From the NCBI GenBank assembly GCA_044506585.1, contig JBIQKK010000017.1, positions 1 to 39,712 on the forward strand: a stretch of 39,712 nt of DNA, in the 5' to 3' direction. Source of the stretch: Hyphomicrobiales bacterium (GTDB taxonomy: Bacteria > Pseudomonadota > Alphaproteobacteria > Rhizobiales > Devosiaceae). The notes under the pieces were generated by a model. The model was not told where the DNA came from. It made no database searches and saw nothing but the letters and a program-made list of their open reading frames with translations. Positions 29,493-38,360 of this stretch are shown here, one piece after another. Numbering within the stretch: the stretch's first letter is position 1; each line of letters opens with the position of its first letter. A program made the translations under genes and the position numbers.

Positions 29493-29942
29493 ATGCGCGA
29501 AGCGATCAGCGAGGGCTACAAGGCGGCCATGAAGGCCGGGGACAAGCGCCGCACAGCGACGCTGCGCAGCATTAACGCCGCGATCAAGGACCGCGACATC
29601 GCCAATCGCGGCGAGGGCAAGGAACCACTTGCGGACCAGGACGTGCTGGTGCTGCTGCAGAAGATGGTGAAACAGCGCGAAGAGAGCCTCGGGATCTACG
29701 AGAAAGCGGGGCGCGACGACCTCGCCACGGTCGAGCGCGAGGAGATCGCGATCCTGAGCGAGTTCCTGCCCAAGGGACTGAGCGACGCCGAGATCGATGA
29801 CGCCATCAAGGCCGCGATCGCCAAGACGGGTGCCGCGGGGGCCAAGGACATGGGCAAGGTCATCGCGTCGCTCAAAGCCGATTATCCGGGCCGGATCGAC
29901 TTCGGCAAAGCGAGCGGCAAGGTGAAGGCGGCGCTGGGCTAG
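29493..29942 (+). CDS. yqeY: GatB/YqeY domain protein
   Basis: KAAMKAGDK, KMVKQREES..YEKAGR.DLA..E..EI, KDMGKV; divergent from carA as usual in Alphaproteobacteria. Confidence 0.95.
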   Translation: MREAISEGYKAAMKAGDKRRTATLRSINAAIKDRDIANRGEGKEPLADQDVLVLLQKMVKQREESLGIYEKAGRDDLATVEREEIAILSEFLPKGLSDAEIDDAIKAAIAKTGAAGAKDMGKVIASLKADYPGRIDFGKASGKVKAALG

Positions 29943-31090
29943 CCGCGCCGCTCCCGCATCCAGGAGAGGGCAGAGATGGCGACGGCGAGCGCCGTGGTGC
30001 CTGCGCCCACCCAGGGCAGTATCGCATAGGAGAAGCCGCCATCGATCAGCGCGCCGCCGAGCCAGGCGCCCGCGGCGATCGCCACGTTGAAGGCGGACGG
30101 GATGAGGCTCGCGGCGAGGAGGGGCGCGTCCTGCGTGTTGGAGAGGATGCGCGTCTGGACGGGTGAGCCGAAGGCGAAGGCAGTGCCACCCCACAGCAGC
30201 ACGAGGCCGGCCATGATCCAGGGCGAGCCGACGAAGCCCACCATCAGCAGATGGATGACAACCTGCAGCGCGAGGATGCCCGTGAGCGAGGCCATGAGCC
30301 GCCAGTCGGCGAGACGGCCGCCGAGCAGCACACCCAGCGTCGAGCCGATGCCAAAGATCAGCAGCAGCCATGGGACGACGTCGAGCGGCACATGCGCGAC
30401 GTCGGTCAGGAGTGGCGAGATGTAGGTGAAGAGCGCGAACTGGCCCACGGTCTGGGCCATGATGATGGCGAGCGAGGTGTAGACCGGCTCGCGCCCAAGG
30501 ACCTTGATCTCGGCCAGCAGGCTGCCGGAGCGGCCCTCGTGGGCGGTGTCACGCGGCACGAGCAGCGCGATAGCCGTGAGCGAGAGGGCACCCAGCGCGG
30601 CGACGGCCCAGAAGGTCATGCGCCAGCCAAAGGCATTGCCGATCGCGGTGCCGAGCGGCACGCCGACGACATTGGCAACCGTGAGGCCCGCGAGGATGAG
30701 CGCGACCGCAAAACCGCGCCGATGTTCCTCCACAACCGTGGTCGCCGTCACCATGGCCGTGCCGAAATAGGCGCCGTGGATCAGCGCGATCAGAACGCGC
30801 GCAACCAGCAGCGAGGCGAAGTCCGGTGCGAGGGCGCAATAGACGTAGCCGATGGTGAAGATGCTCACATAGATGAGGAGCAGACGCTTGCGCGAGTAGC
30901 GGCCGGTGAAGGTCGCGAGCAACGGACCACCCACGGCGACGCCGAGCGCATAGAGGCTGACGAGCAGCCCGGCCGTCGGGATCGAGATCGCGAGGTCCGT
31001 CGAGACTGCCGGCAGGATCCCGGCGATGACGAATTCGGACGTGCCGATGGCGAAAGCGGCGGCGAACAGGGAGAGCAGGGCAAGAGGCAT
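29939..31090 (-). CDS. MFS efflux transporter (DHA1; YdhP/NepI/Cmx-like), copy 2
   Basis: MPLALLSLFAAAFAIGTSEFVIAGIL, GLTVANVVGVPLGT, FGWR, SAFNVAIAAG; ATG 31090 overlaps the upstream stop (TGATG). Confidence 0.92.
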   Translation of the reverse strand: MPLALLSLFAAAFAIGTSEFVIAGILPAVSTDLAISIPTAGLLVSLYALGVAVGGPLLATFTGRYSRKRLLLIYVSIFTIGYVYCALAPDFASLLVARVLIALIHGAYFGTAMVTATTVVEEHRRGFAVALILAGLTVANVVGVPLGTAIGNAFGWRMTFWAVAALGALSLTAIALLVPRDTAHEGRSGSLLAEIKVLGREPVYTSLAIIMAQTVGQFALFTYISPLLTDVAHVPLDVVPWLLLIFGIGSTLGVLLGGRLADWRLMASLTGILALQVVIHLLMVGFVGSPWIMAGLVLLWGGTAFAFGSPVQTRILSNTQDAPLLAASLIPSAFNVAIAAGAWLGGALIDGGFSYAILPWVGAGTTALAVAISALSWMRERRG

Positions 31091-32253
31091 CAGTTGATCC
31101 CTCGGCGGGAGAGCGCGATGGAGGTGGCGGCGGTGAGAAGCGCCAGGCTGCTGCAGACGATTCCCGTCGCGGGAAGCAAGGCGTAGCCGATGCCGGCCGT
31201 CAACAGCGCGGCACCGATGGCGGCGCCGGCGGCGATACCGATGTTGTAAGCCGTGGAGACGAGAGTGGCGGCGAGCCGGGGTGCTTCGCGGGCGCCGTGG
31301 AGGATCCGCACCTGGATGGGTGTCGAGAAGCCAAAGCCGAAGGCCGACGCGAAGAACAGCGTCACTGCCATCGCGATGGGATGCGGCGCCACCAGGAGCA
31401 GCAGGCCGAAGCAGACGATCTGGCCGATGACCACGATCATGATGGACCAGGCGCCGTTCCAGTCGGCACCACGGCCGCCCAGCCAGATGCCGACGACCGC
31501 GCCGGCGCCGCCGATCAGCAGGTAGATCGGCACCATCACTTGCGGGTCGATCTGCGTCACCTCGGTCAGGATCGCGACCTGGAACGTGCCGAAAGCGAGC
31601 TGACCGATCATGATGATGGCGATCGTCAGGTAGGAGAGCCAGACCTCCTGATGGAGCAGCTGCCGCGCCTGCAAGGCGAGCGGGGCGTCGGCTTCGTCTT
31701 CGCCCCTGGTGCGGCTGGGCAGGGTGAGCGCAACGGCGACCACCGCGAGCACGGCCATCACCGCGATGACGACGAAGGTGGCGCGCCATCCGTAGGCGTT
31801 GCCGATGGCGGTGCCGGCGGGCAGGCCAAGGATATTGGCGACGGTGATGCCGCCGACCATCAGCGCGAGTGCGGAGCCGCGGCGTTCGATGGGGACCAGT
31901 TGCGAGACCGCGATGGTCGCAACGCCGAAGAAGACGCCGTGTCCGCAGGCCGAGATAAGCCGCGCCGCCAGCAGCAGCTCGTAGTTCGGCGCCAGCGCGC
32001 AAAGAAGTTGCCCCAGCGCGAAAACGGCGATGACGCCAAGCGTTGCCGGCTTGATCGGGACGCGCGCCGTCAGCAGGGCGAGCAATGGCCCGCCCACCGC
32101 GACACCCGCCGCGTAGCCGGTGACCAGCAGGCCCGCGGCCGGCACGCTGACGCCGAGGTCGCTCGACACGCCGAACAGGATGCCGGAGATGATGAACTCG
32201 GTCGTGCCGATGCAGAAGGCAGCGAGGGAGAGCGCGAAGACGGCCAGTGGCAT
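31090..32253 (-). CDS. MFS efflux transporter (DHA1; YdhP/NepI/Cmx-like), copy 1
   Basis: MPLAVFALSLAAFCIGTTEFIISGIL, GITVANILGLPAGT, YGWR, TAYNIGIAAG; start re-assigned to ATG 32253. Confidence 0.92.
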   Translation of the reverse strand: MPLAVFALSLAAFCIGTTEFIISGILFGVSSDLGVSVPAAGLLVTGYAAGVAVGGPLLALLTARVPIKPATLGVIAVFALGQLLCALAPNYELLLAARLISACGHGVFFGVATIAVSQLVPIERRGSALALMVGGITVANILGLPAGTAIGNAYGWRATFVVIAVMAVLAVVAVALTLPSRTRGEDEADAPLALQARQLLHQEVWLSYLTIAIIMIGQLAFGTFQVAILTEVTQIDPQVMVPIYLLIGGAGAVVGIWLGGRGADWNGAWSIMIVVIGQIVCFGLLLLVAPHPIAMAVTLFFASAFGFGFSTPIQVRILHGAREAPRLAATLVSTAYNIGIAAGAAIGAALLTAGIGYALLPATGIVCSSLALLTAATSIALSRRGIN

Positions 32254-32370
32254 GGAGAGGGGCCCGGGAGAGGCTGCCCTTTGAGCATGGCGGCTCAAGT
32301 CCCGCAAGCACTGGCGGGACGGCGGGCAACGGAGTCATACTGGCAGGCGTTAGCGGGCCGGAGACATGAC

Positions 32371-32937
32371 ATGGCGGTTGCGGATTTGAAGAAGCGTATG
32401 GGTCTGGTGATGGGGCTGCGTGCGCTGTTGATGCTGCTTGGTGGGCTCTATGCGGTCATCTGGCCTGCGCAGGCGTTGTTCGTGCTGATCTGGGCGGGTG
32501 CCATCCTGCTTCTGGTCGATGGCGTGCTGGGCCTTTGGGCCCTCACCTTCGGCGGGGCCAAGACGGGCAATTTCTGGTTCGATATCGTCCGCAACGTCCT
32601 CGCCATCGTGACGGGCTTCCTGATCCTGATCTCCCCGATCCTGGGTGCGCTCGTCACGGTCTGGTTCGTGATCTACCTGCTTGCACTGCAGGCGATCCTG
32701 GTGGGCGTGATGGAGATCGTCGTCGTGCTGCGCGAGCGCGCGCTCTACGCCAAGGTCTGGCCAGTGCTGGTGTCGGGCGCGCTCTACGTGCTGTTCGGCA
32801 TCGTGCTGCTGTTTGCGCCGCTCATCGGCGCGATCTTCCTCACCGTGTTCGGCGGGGTGCTGATGATCCTGTTCGCGGTGCCGCTGCTCGCGATTGCGTG
32901 GCGTGTGTGGCGAGGCGGCAGCGAGAAAACCGCCTAG
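32371..32937 (+). CDS. HdeD/DUF308 membrane protein
   Basis: LRALLMLLGGLYAVIWP; two DUF308-like repeats, about 6 TM; ATG 32371 after GGAG; real part of track ORF 31297..32937. Confidence 0.85.
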   Translation: MAVADLKKRMGLVMGLRALLMLLGGLYAVIWPAQALFVLIWAGAILLLVDGVLGLWALTFGGAKTGNFWFDIVRNVLAIVTGFLILISPILGALVTVWFVIYLLALQAILVGVMEIVVVLRERALYAKVWPVLVSGALYVLFGIVLLFAPLIGAIFLTVFGGVLMILFAVPLLAIAWRVWRGGSEKTA

Positions 32938-32940
32938 CGG

Positions 32941-33495
32941 TCAGCCCTTGAGCTCGATGGTGTCGCTGACGCGGGGGCGCTGGTACATCACGTCCCCCAT
33001 GGCGTAGCCGTTCCGGCCGGTAAGGCTTGCGAGATAGGACGAGAACATCGTGGTGAAGCTGTAACTCACCTCGGCCCGGACCAGCTGGATGCCCTTGGTG
33101 ACGATGTCGTCCGGTACGTCGATGGCGGTCTTCTTGGCCAGCGCCGTGCCGTTGTGCGCGACCGACCAGGCCACCTGCTGCTTCTTCTTGTTCTTCACGT
33201 CGAGTACCGACACCACGATCGACAGGTTCGAAGTGTTGTAGGGCTCGAGGATTTTTGCCGCGCCCGCGAGGATGGTTTCCACCTGGTTCTGCGACAGTTG
33301 GTTGTTCTGCGCGACGAGGTCGGCAACGATCGACGAGATCTGCCGAACCTTGCGATGGACGGTCAGCCCTTCGCTGATGTCGACGGTTCCGGCGACCATC
33401 AACAGCATCACCGGCAGCAGCAGGGCGAACTCCATCGCGGACACGCCGCGCGTGTCCCTGCGGAAGCGGCGGACGAGGGAGCTAAAAGGGTTCAT
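32941..33495 (-). CDS. TadE/TadF-like pseudopilin
   Basis: RRFRRDTRG/VSAMEFALLLP prepilin motif plus TM, C-terminal YQRPR; start ATG 33495. Confidence 0.9.
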   Translation of the reverse strand: MNPFSSLVRRFRRDTRGVSAMEFALLLPVMLLMVAGTVDISEGLTVHRKVRQISSIVADLVAQNNQLSQNQVETILAGAAKILEPYNTSNLSIVVSVLDVKNKKKQQVAWSVAHNGTALAKKTAIDVPDDIVTKGIQLVRAEVSYSFTTMFSSYLASLTGRNGYAMGDVMYQRPRVSDTIELKG

Positions 33496-33997
33496 TGCGA
33501 AGGAGGACCGTGGCGCCGAACAGGTAGTTGCCGTTCGCCAGCCGATTGCGGATGACGCCGAAGATGTCGAGCAGCGGCTTGTACTGGAAGTAGCCGCGCA
33601 CCAGCACGTAGTCGGTACCCTTGCCGGTGTTGAAGTCTTCCTCAAGGGTGAAGTCGCCCTTCTCGTCGACGGGCTTGTCGGTGGGCAGGCTGGTCATCGA
33701 GGTGAGAACCGACACCTGGAACGCAGTGTGGTGGCGGCAGTCGAACAGATCGAGCATGTCGTTGCAAACGAGGTTGCGCATGGTCGCGAGGTCCATCGAC
33801 GCGCTCTGTGCCTGGCCCGTGCGGATGAGACGGGCGGAGCGCTGCACGGCGGCCTCGAAGCTCGTGCTGGTGAAATACTGGATGCCGATTTCCAGCAGGC
33901 CCAGCACGATCAGCAGGAACGGACCGGCGAGCAGCGCGAATTCGATCGCGGTCGCGCCGGACCTGTCTTTGCGGAACTTGGAGAGTCGGCGCCTCAT
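33482..33997 (-). CDS. TadE-like pseudopilin
   Basis: KFRKDRSG/ATAIEFALLA, ARLIRTGQAQ, C-terminal RNEPF; ATG overlaps the tadG-like stop (ATGA). Confidence 0.92.
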   Translation of the reverse strand: MRRRLSKFRKDRSGATAIEFALLAGPFLLIVLGLLEIGIQYFTSTSFEAAVQRSARLIRTGQAQSASMDLATMRNLVCNDMLDLFDCRHHTAFQVSVLTSMTSLPTDKPVDEKGDFTLEEDFNTGKGTDYVLVRGYFQYKPLLDIFGVIRNRLANGNYLFGATVLLRNEPF

Positions 33998-35337
33998 CTG
34001 GTCAACCTCACCGTCGTCATGTAGCGGTCGAACATGGTGACGAGGCTGCTCTCGATGTCGCTGGCTTCGGTGGCCTGCATGAAATAGGCGCTGGAAGTGG
34101 CGCAATCCTCGAGCGCCATCGGCAGGTACTCGCGGCGGGTGACTCCGCCGCTGACGCCCGCACGCATCGTACCGCCCCAGACCGAAGTGAAGCCGCTATT
34201 GGCCATCGTGTTGCCGACGGTGGCGTTGTAGCCGCCGTCGAAGGTGAGGGGCAGGTAAGTGGTGTAGATGGTCGCGAAGGTGATGTTCTTGGCCTTTATG
34301 CCGGCGCACCAGGCGGGATTGAGCGGGCTGGTCTTTTCGCTTTCGCTCCACACCCAGGGACGATGCGACTGAACGCCGTCGGTAATCATCATCACGAGCT
34401 TCAGCGGGCTCGCGGCAGATTTGCCCGTGCCGTTGGTGCCCACGATGCTGGTGAGCTGCGGGAGGGCGACGTCGAAATAGGTGCTGCTCGAGGAGCTTGC
34501 GCTCGTGAGACCGTTCGAGGCCTGGTAGAGCGCCTTGCTGACCTTGCTGGTGGAGGGGCTGGGCGCGAGGACTTCGGTCATGGTGTCGGCGAGACGGTAG
34601 AGGCCGACGCGGATGTGGTTGTGGCTGGGGTCGACCGCATCGACGCGTGCAAGCACGCGATCGACGGCGCTGAGCATAACGTCGGAGCGCAGCAGGACGT
34701 TGGCGTCGACGCTGTAATCGTAGTTGTTCGTGTACGTCTTGCCGTTCACGGTGTGATTGCCGCCGTCGAATTCGTGGCAGGCGAATTCGCAGCCGACCGC
34801 GGCGCGCATGGTCTGCTGGCCCGCCGTCGTCGCGGCGAGCATCATCGAAGCGGACTTGTCCAGCACGAGGTAGATGTCGAGGAACGAGCTCGCGGGGCCG
34901 GCGATCTCGCTGGTCACGGCAACGTCGACCTTGTCGATGCCCGCGACCATCAGGAAGGTGGTTGGAATTTTGGCCCGTGCCGTGGCGGTGATGGTCGAGT
35001 TTTTGGTATCGACCACGACGTTGTCGATCTCGTAGTCGGCGACGCGCGTCTGGGTGGCGAACCAGTCCTCGATGATGCGTTCGAGCTTCTTCTTGCTGAC
35101 CGTGTCGATCGACTTGATGGCGGCGACGAGGGCGACGTCGAGCTCGGCCTGCATCTCGGTGTGGGCGTTATAGGCGCGGATGTAGTCGACGCTGATGCCT
35201 ACGCCGATGATCATGGGCACGAGCAGCACAGCGAAGACGACGGCGATCGCGCCGTCCTCGGCGCGGCCGAAACGCCGAAGCAGCACGGTGAAGAGTCCCC
35301 GCGCTTTCGAATTCTCGCTGATTGACTTCGCGCCCAC
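33994..35337 (-). CDS. TadG-like pilus protein with vWA domain
   Basis: RRFGRAEDG/AIAVVFA plus TM, SVDY, MIDAS LVLDKSASM and MITDG, C-terminal VRLTR; AGGAGG RBS before GTG. Confidence 0.9.
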   Translation of the reverse strand: MGAKSISENSKARGLFTVLLRRFGRAEDGAIAVVFAVLLVPMIIGVGISVDYIRAYNAHTEMQAELDVALVAAIKSIDTVSKKKLERIIEDWFATQTRVADYEIDNVVVDTKNSTITATARAKIPTTFLMVAGIDKVDVAVTSEIAGPASSFLDIYLVLDKSASMMLAATTAGQQTMRAAVGCEFACHEFDGGNHTVNGKTYTNNYDYSVDANVLLRSDVMLSAVDRVLARVDAVDPSHNHIRVGLYRLADTMTEVLAPSPSTSKVSKALYQASNGLTSASSSSSTYFDVALPQLTSIVGTNGTGKSAASPLKLVMMITDGVQSHRPWVWSESEKTSPLNPAWCAGIKAKNITFATIYTTYLPLTFDGGYNATVGNTMANSGFTSVWGGTMRAGVSGGVTRREYLPMALEDCATSSAYFMQATEASDIESSLVTMFDRYMTTVRLTR

Positions 35338-35491
35338 GCAACCCCTCCTGGAGATGCTTTGCGGTTATGCTAGGGGCCCAATCGTCCAATTGGGTTAAAG
35401 CCCGGCCGTTATGGGCATTCGTTGCAGCCATCGGGACCGTTTTTTCCGCGCTTGGTGAACGAGGAAATAACGGGCGGATGCGCTTTTGACG

Positions 35492-35500
35492 TGTGGATAA
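35492..35500. promoter_or_regulatory. perfect DnaA box upstream of dnaG
   Basis: TGTGGATAA is the reverse complement of TTATCCACA; it abuts a TTGACG -35 at 35486-35491. Confidence 0.65.
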
Positions 35501-35546
35501 CCGGAGGGACGGTGACTTCCCGCCGGGCAGTGCTTAGATGGCGGCC

Positions 35547-37484
35547 ATGCGCTTTTCCGATGCCTTCCTCGACGAGATCAGGCAGCGCCTGCCGATTTCG
35601 CAGGTGGTGGGCGAGCATGTCATCTGGGACAAGCGCAAGAGCCAGCCGGGCAGGGGCGATATGTGGGCCTGCTGCCCGTTCCACGGCGAAAAGAGCCCGA
35701 GCTTTCACGCCGACGACCGCAAAGGCATCTATCATTGCTTTGGCTGCGGCGTGACGGGCGACCATTTCCGCTTCCTGACCGAGAAGGCCGGGATGAGCTT
35801 TCCCGAGGCGGTCGAAAAGCTGGCGGGGATGGCGGGAGTCCCCATGCCGGCGCGCGACGAGCGCGAGGAAGCGCGGCAGGAAGCACGCAAGAGCCTGTTC
35901 GACGTCATGGAGATGGCGACGCAGTATTTCGAGGCGGCACTGGCGCACAATATCGGGGCCAGGGCGCGCGGCTATCTGTTCGAGCGCGGGGTGAGCGCCC
36001 AGGCGCAGGCGCGCTTCCGGCTGGGCTACGCGCCCGACAGCCGCAACGGGCTCAAGGAGCACCTGGCGGCGAACGGCGTGACCGCGCAGGAGATGGCCGA
36101 TACGGGGCTTGTCGCGTCGCGCGAGGATGATCCGCTCACCTACGACCGGTTCCGCAACCGGGTGATGTTTCCCATCACCGATTTTCGCGGCCGGATCGTT
36201 GCGTTCGGCGGCCGCGCGCTCTCGCCGGACATTCCGGCGAAGTATCTCAACTCGCCGGAAACGGTGCTCTTCCAGAAGCGCCTGGTGCTCTACAACGGCA
36301 TGGATGCGCGCAAAGCGGCGCGGGACGGCAAGCCCGTGGTGGTCGTCGAAGGCTACCTCGACGTGATCGCGTCGGTGATGGCGGGGTTCGAGGGCACCGT
36401 GGCGCCGATGGGCACGGCACTCACCGAGGATCACCTGCAGCTGCTGTGGCGGATGACCGATGCGCCGATCCTCTGTTTCGACGGCGACAGTGCCGGTATC
36501 CGCGCGGCGGAGAGGGCGACCGGGCTTGTGCTGCCCCTGTTGACGCCGGGCAAGACCGTCAGGATCGCGACTCTGCCCGAGGGCGTCGATCCCGACGACC
36601 TCATCAAGGCGCAGGGCCGCAACGCCTTTGCCGATGTGCTGGAGCGGGCGCGTTCGCTCTCGGACGTGGTCTGGAGCCTCGAGACGGGCGGCATCGTGCC
36701 CGAGACGCCGGAGGCGCGGGCGGCGCTCGAATCCCGGCTGCGCGAACGGGCGAACTCGATCGGCGACCAGTCGGTGCGCCGGCACTACATGCAGGCCTTC
36801 GACGAAAAGCTCGCGGCGTTCTTCCAGCCCGTGCGGCAGCGCTACGACAACCCGCGGTTCGAGCGGCGCAGCGGGGGACGCGGCCAATACGGCCAGGCCT
36901 ATGGGCAGCGCGGCACGCCGCGGCTGGTCGTCTCCGATACGTTGCGCAATTCGCGCCTGCTGAAACCGGGCCGGACGGCCGATCCGACGCCGCGCGAGGC
37001 CGTGATCCTGATGAGCCTCATCAATCATCCGGCGCTGGCCGAGGAGCGGCTCGAGAGCCTCGCGCACCTCGAATTCGGTTCACCACCCGCACGGGCGCTG
37101 TTTTCCGCGCTGCTCGACCTGATCATGGCGGATCACGACATTTCCGCCGCCGATCTCAAGGCGGGCCTGGGCGCCCGGGGGTTCGGACCGGCGATCGAGA
37201 AAATGGACAGCCTCCTGCGGGGGCAGGGGATCTGGCAGGTGGGTGCCGAAATCGCCGATGCGGAGGCCAAGATCGGGCTCAGCCATGCCCTGGCCTTGCA
37301 TTACAAGGTCGTTGAGCTAAATAAGGCGCTCAGAGCAGCAGAAAACGCCCTCGACGTCGAATGGACCGAGGACTCCTTTAAGGCGCTGCAGGACATCAAG
37401 AATCAGATCACGACCGTCGATGGCACTGAGGCATTGATCGAGGGATTTGGTTCGTTATCGGGACGTGCGTCGCGCGGCTTCTAA
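35547..37484 (+). CDS. dnaG: DNA primase
   Basis: CHC2 zinc finger CPFHGEKSPSF..CFGC, DRFRNRVMFPI, KYLNSPET, TOPRIM EGYLD and FDGD; alternative start 35538. Confidence 0.98.
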   Translation: MRFSDAFLDEIRQRLPISQVVGEHVIWDKRKSQPGRGDMWACCPFHGEKSPSFHADDRKGIYHCFGCGVTGDHFRFLTEKAGMSFPEAVEKLAGMAGVPMPARDEREEARQEARKSLFDVMEMATQYFEAALAHNIGARARGYLFERGVSAQAQARFRLGYAPDSRNGLKEHLAANGVTAQEMADTGLVASREDDPLTYDRFRNRVMFPITDFRGRIVAFGGRALSPDIPAKYLNSPETVLFQKRLVLYNGMDARKAARDGKPVVVVEGYLDVIASVMAGFEGTVAPMGTALTEDHLQLLWRMTDAPILCFDGDSAGIRAAERATGLVLPLLTPGKTVRIATLPEGVDPDDLIKAQGRNAFADVLERARSLSDVVWSLETGGIVPETPEARAALESRLRERANSIGDQSVRRHYMQAFDEKLAAFFQPVRQRYDNPRFERRSGGRGQYGQAYGQRGTPRLVVSDTLRNSRLLKPGRTADPTPREAVILMSLINHPALAEERLESLAHLEFGSPPARALFSALLDLIMADHDISAADLKAGLGARGFGPAIEKMDSLLRGQGIWQVGAEIADAEAKIGLSHALALHYKVVELNKALRAAENALDVEWTEDSFKALQDIKNQITTVDGTEALIEGFGSLSGRASRGF

Positions 37485-37646
37485 CAGGAGGCTCGTGAAC
37501 GCGCGATTTCGCTTATGGGCGAATCAGTTACATAGGCGCGACCGATACCGAATCATCTGCGAGTTTGCCGCAGCCCCTTTGTTGCACGTCCTACTGCCAC
37601 CACTTGAACCGAACGGACCCCGAAGGGGTCACGGAGCAAAAGCCAG

Positions 37647-38360
37647 ATGGCTACGAAGGCACCCGTGAAGGCAGCCGCCAAGTCAGCGCCGAAGGCGGCT
37701 AAGAAGCCTGCGGCGAAGGCGGAGCCGGCAAAGAAGAAGTCCGCGCCGGCAAAGCCGACAGCAAAGGCGGCGCCCAAGCCGGCTAAGCCGGCCAAGAAAG
37801 CGGAGCCGAAAGCCGCAGCGAAAAAAGCAGTCGCGAAAAAGCCGGCCACCAAGTCAGCAGCCAAGCCAAAGGCGGCGCCCAAGCCGGCGGCGAAGGCGAA
37901 GCCGGTGGCAAAGCCCGTAGCGAAGGCGAAGCCGGGACCAAAGGCAAAGCCGGCCGCGACGTCAAAGGCAAAGGCCAAGCCGGCGACAAAGGCCAAGCCG
38001 CAGCCAAAGGCCAGAACCGAATCGAAGGCAAAAGCGGAACCAAAGGCCAAACCAGAACTAAAGCTTACGAAGCCCAAAGGGGCGCCCAAGGCCGAGCAGC
38101 CCAGGGGCAAGGGGGCGAGCAAGCCCGCTGATGAAGCAAAGGCACCGGCCAAGGCCGGCGCGCAAAAGAGTGATGTGAAATCAGCGGCGAAGGCCGCTCC
38201 AGGTAAAGTAGAACCAAAACCAGTGAAGACCGATACCGCTACCGAGCCCAAAGCGGCTGCCCCTATTCCCTCTCCCAAAGCCGCGACCAAAGCTGCTGCC
38301 AAAGGTGCCAAGGACGACAAGTCTCCCGCCGCCGGCGAAAAAGCCGAAAGCGATTCTCCC
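37647..38360 (+). repeat. low-complexity histone H1-like AKP repeat coding region
   Basis: Degenerate KPAAK/AKAKP/AAPK units; 63 Lys in 238 codons by hand count. Confidence 0.85.

Noticed and set aside
29939-32338. 799-aa ORF suggesting a fused or extended MFS
   Set aside because: The N-terminal half is an off-frame reading of the upstream MFS gene; the real start is ATG 31090
35390-35471. CtrA-like sites upstream of the tad genes (TTAT-N7-TTCAC and a lone TTAAC)
   Set aside because: Two mismatches or half-site only; biologically plausible but too weak to call
37485-37646. Two GANTC (CcrM) sites and a GACCCC/GGGGTC hairpin upstream of rpoD
   Set aside because: Compatible with chance; no complete promoter could be assigned by eye
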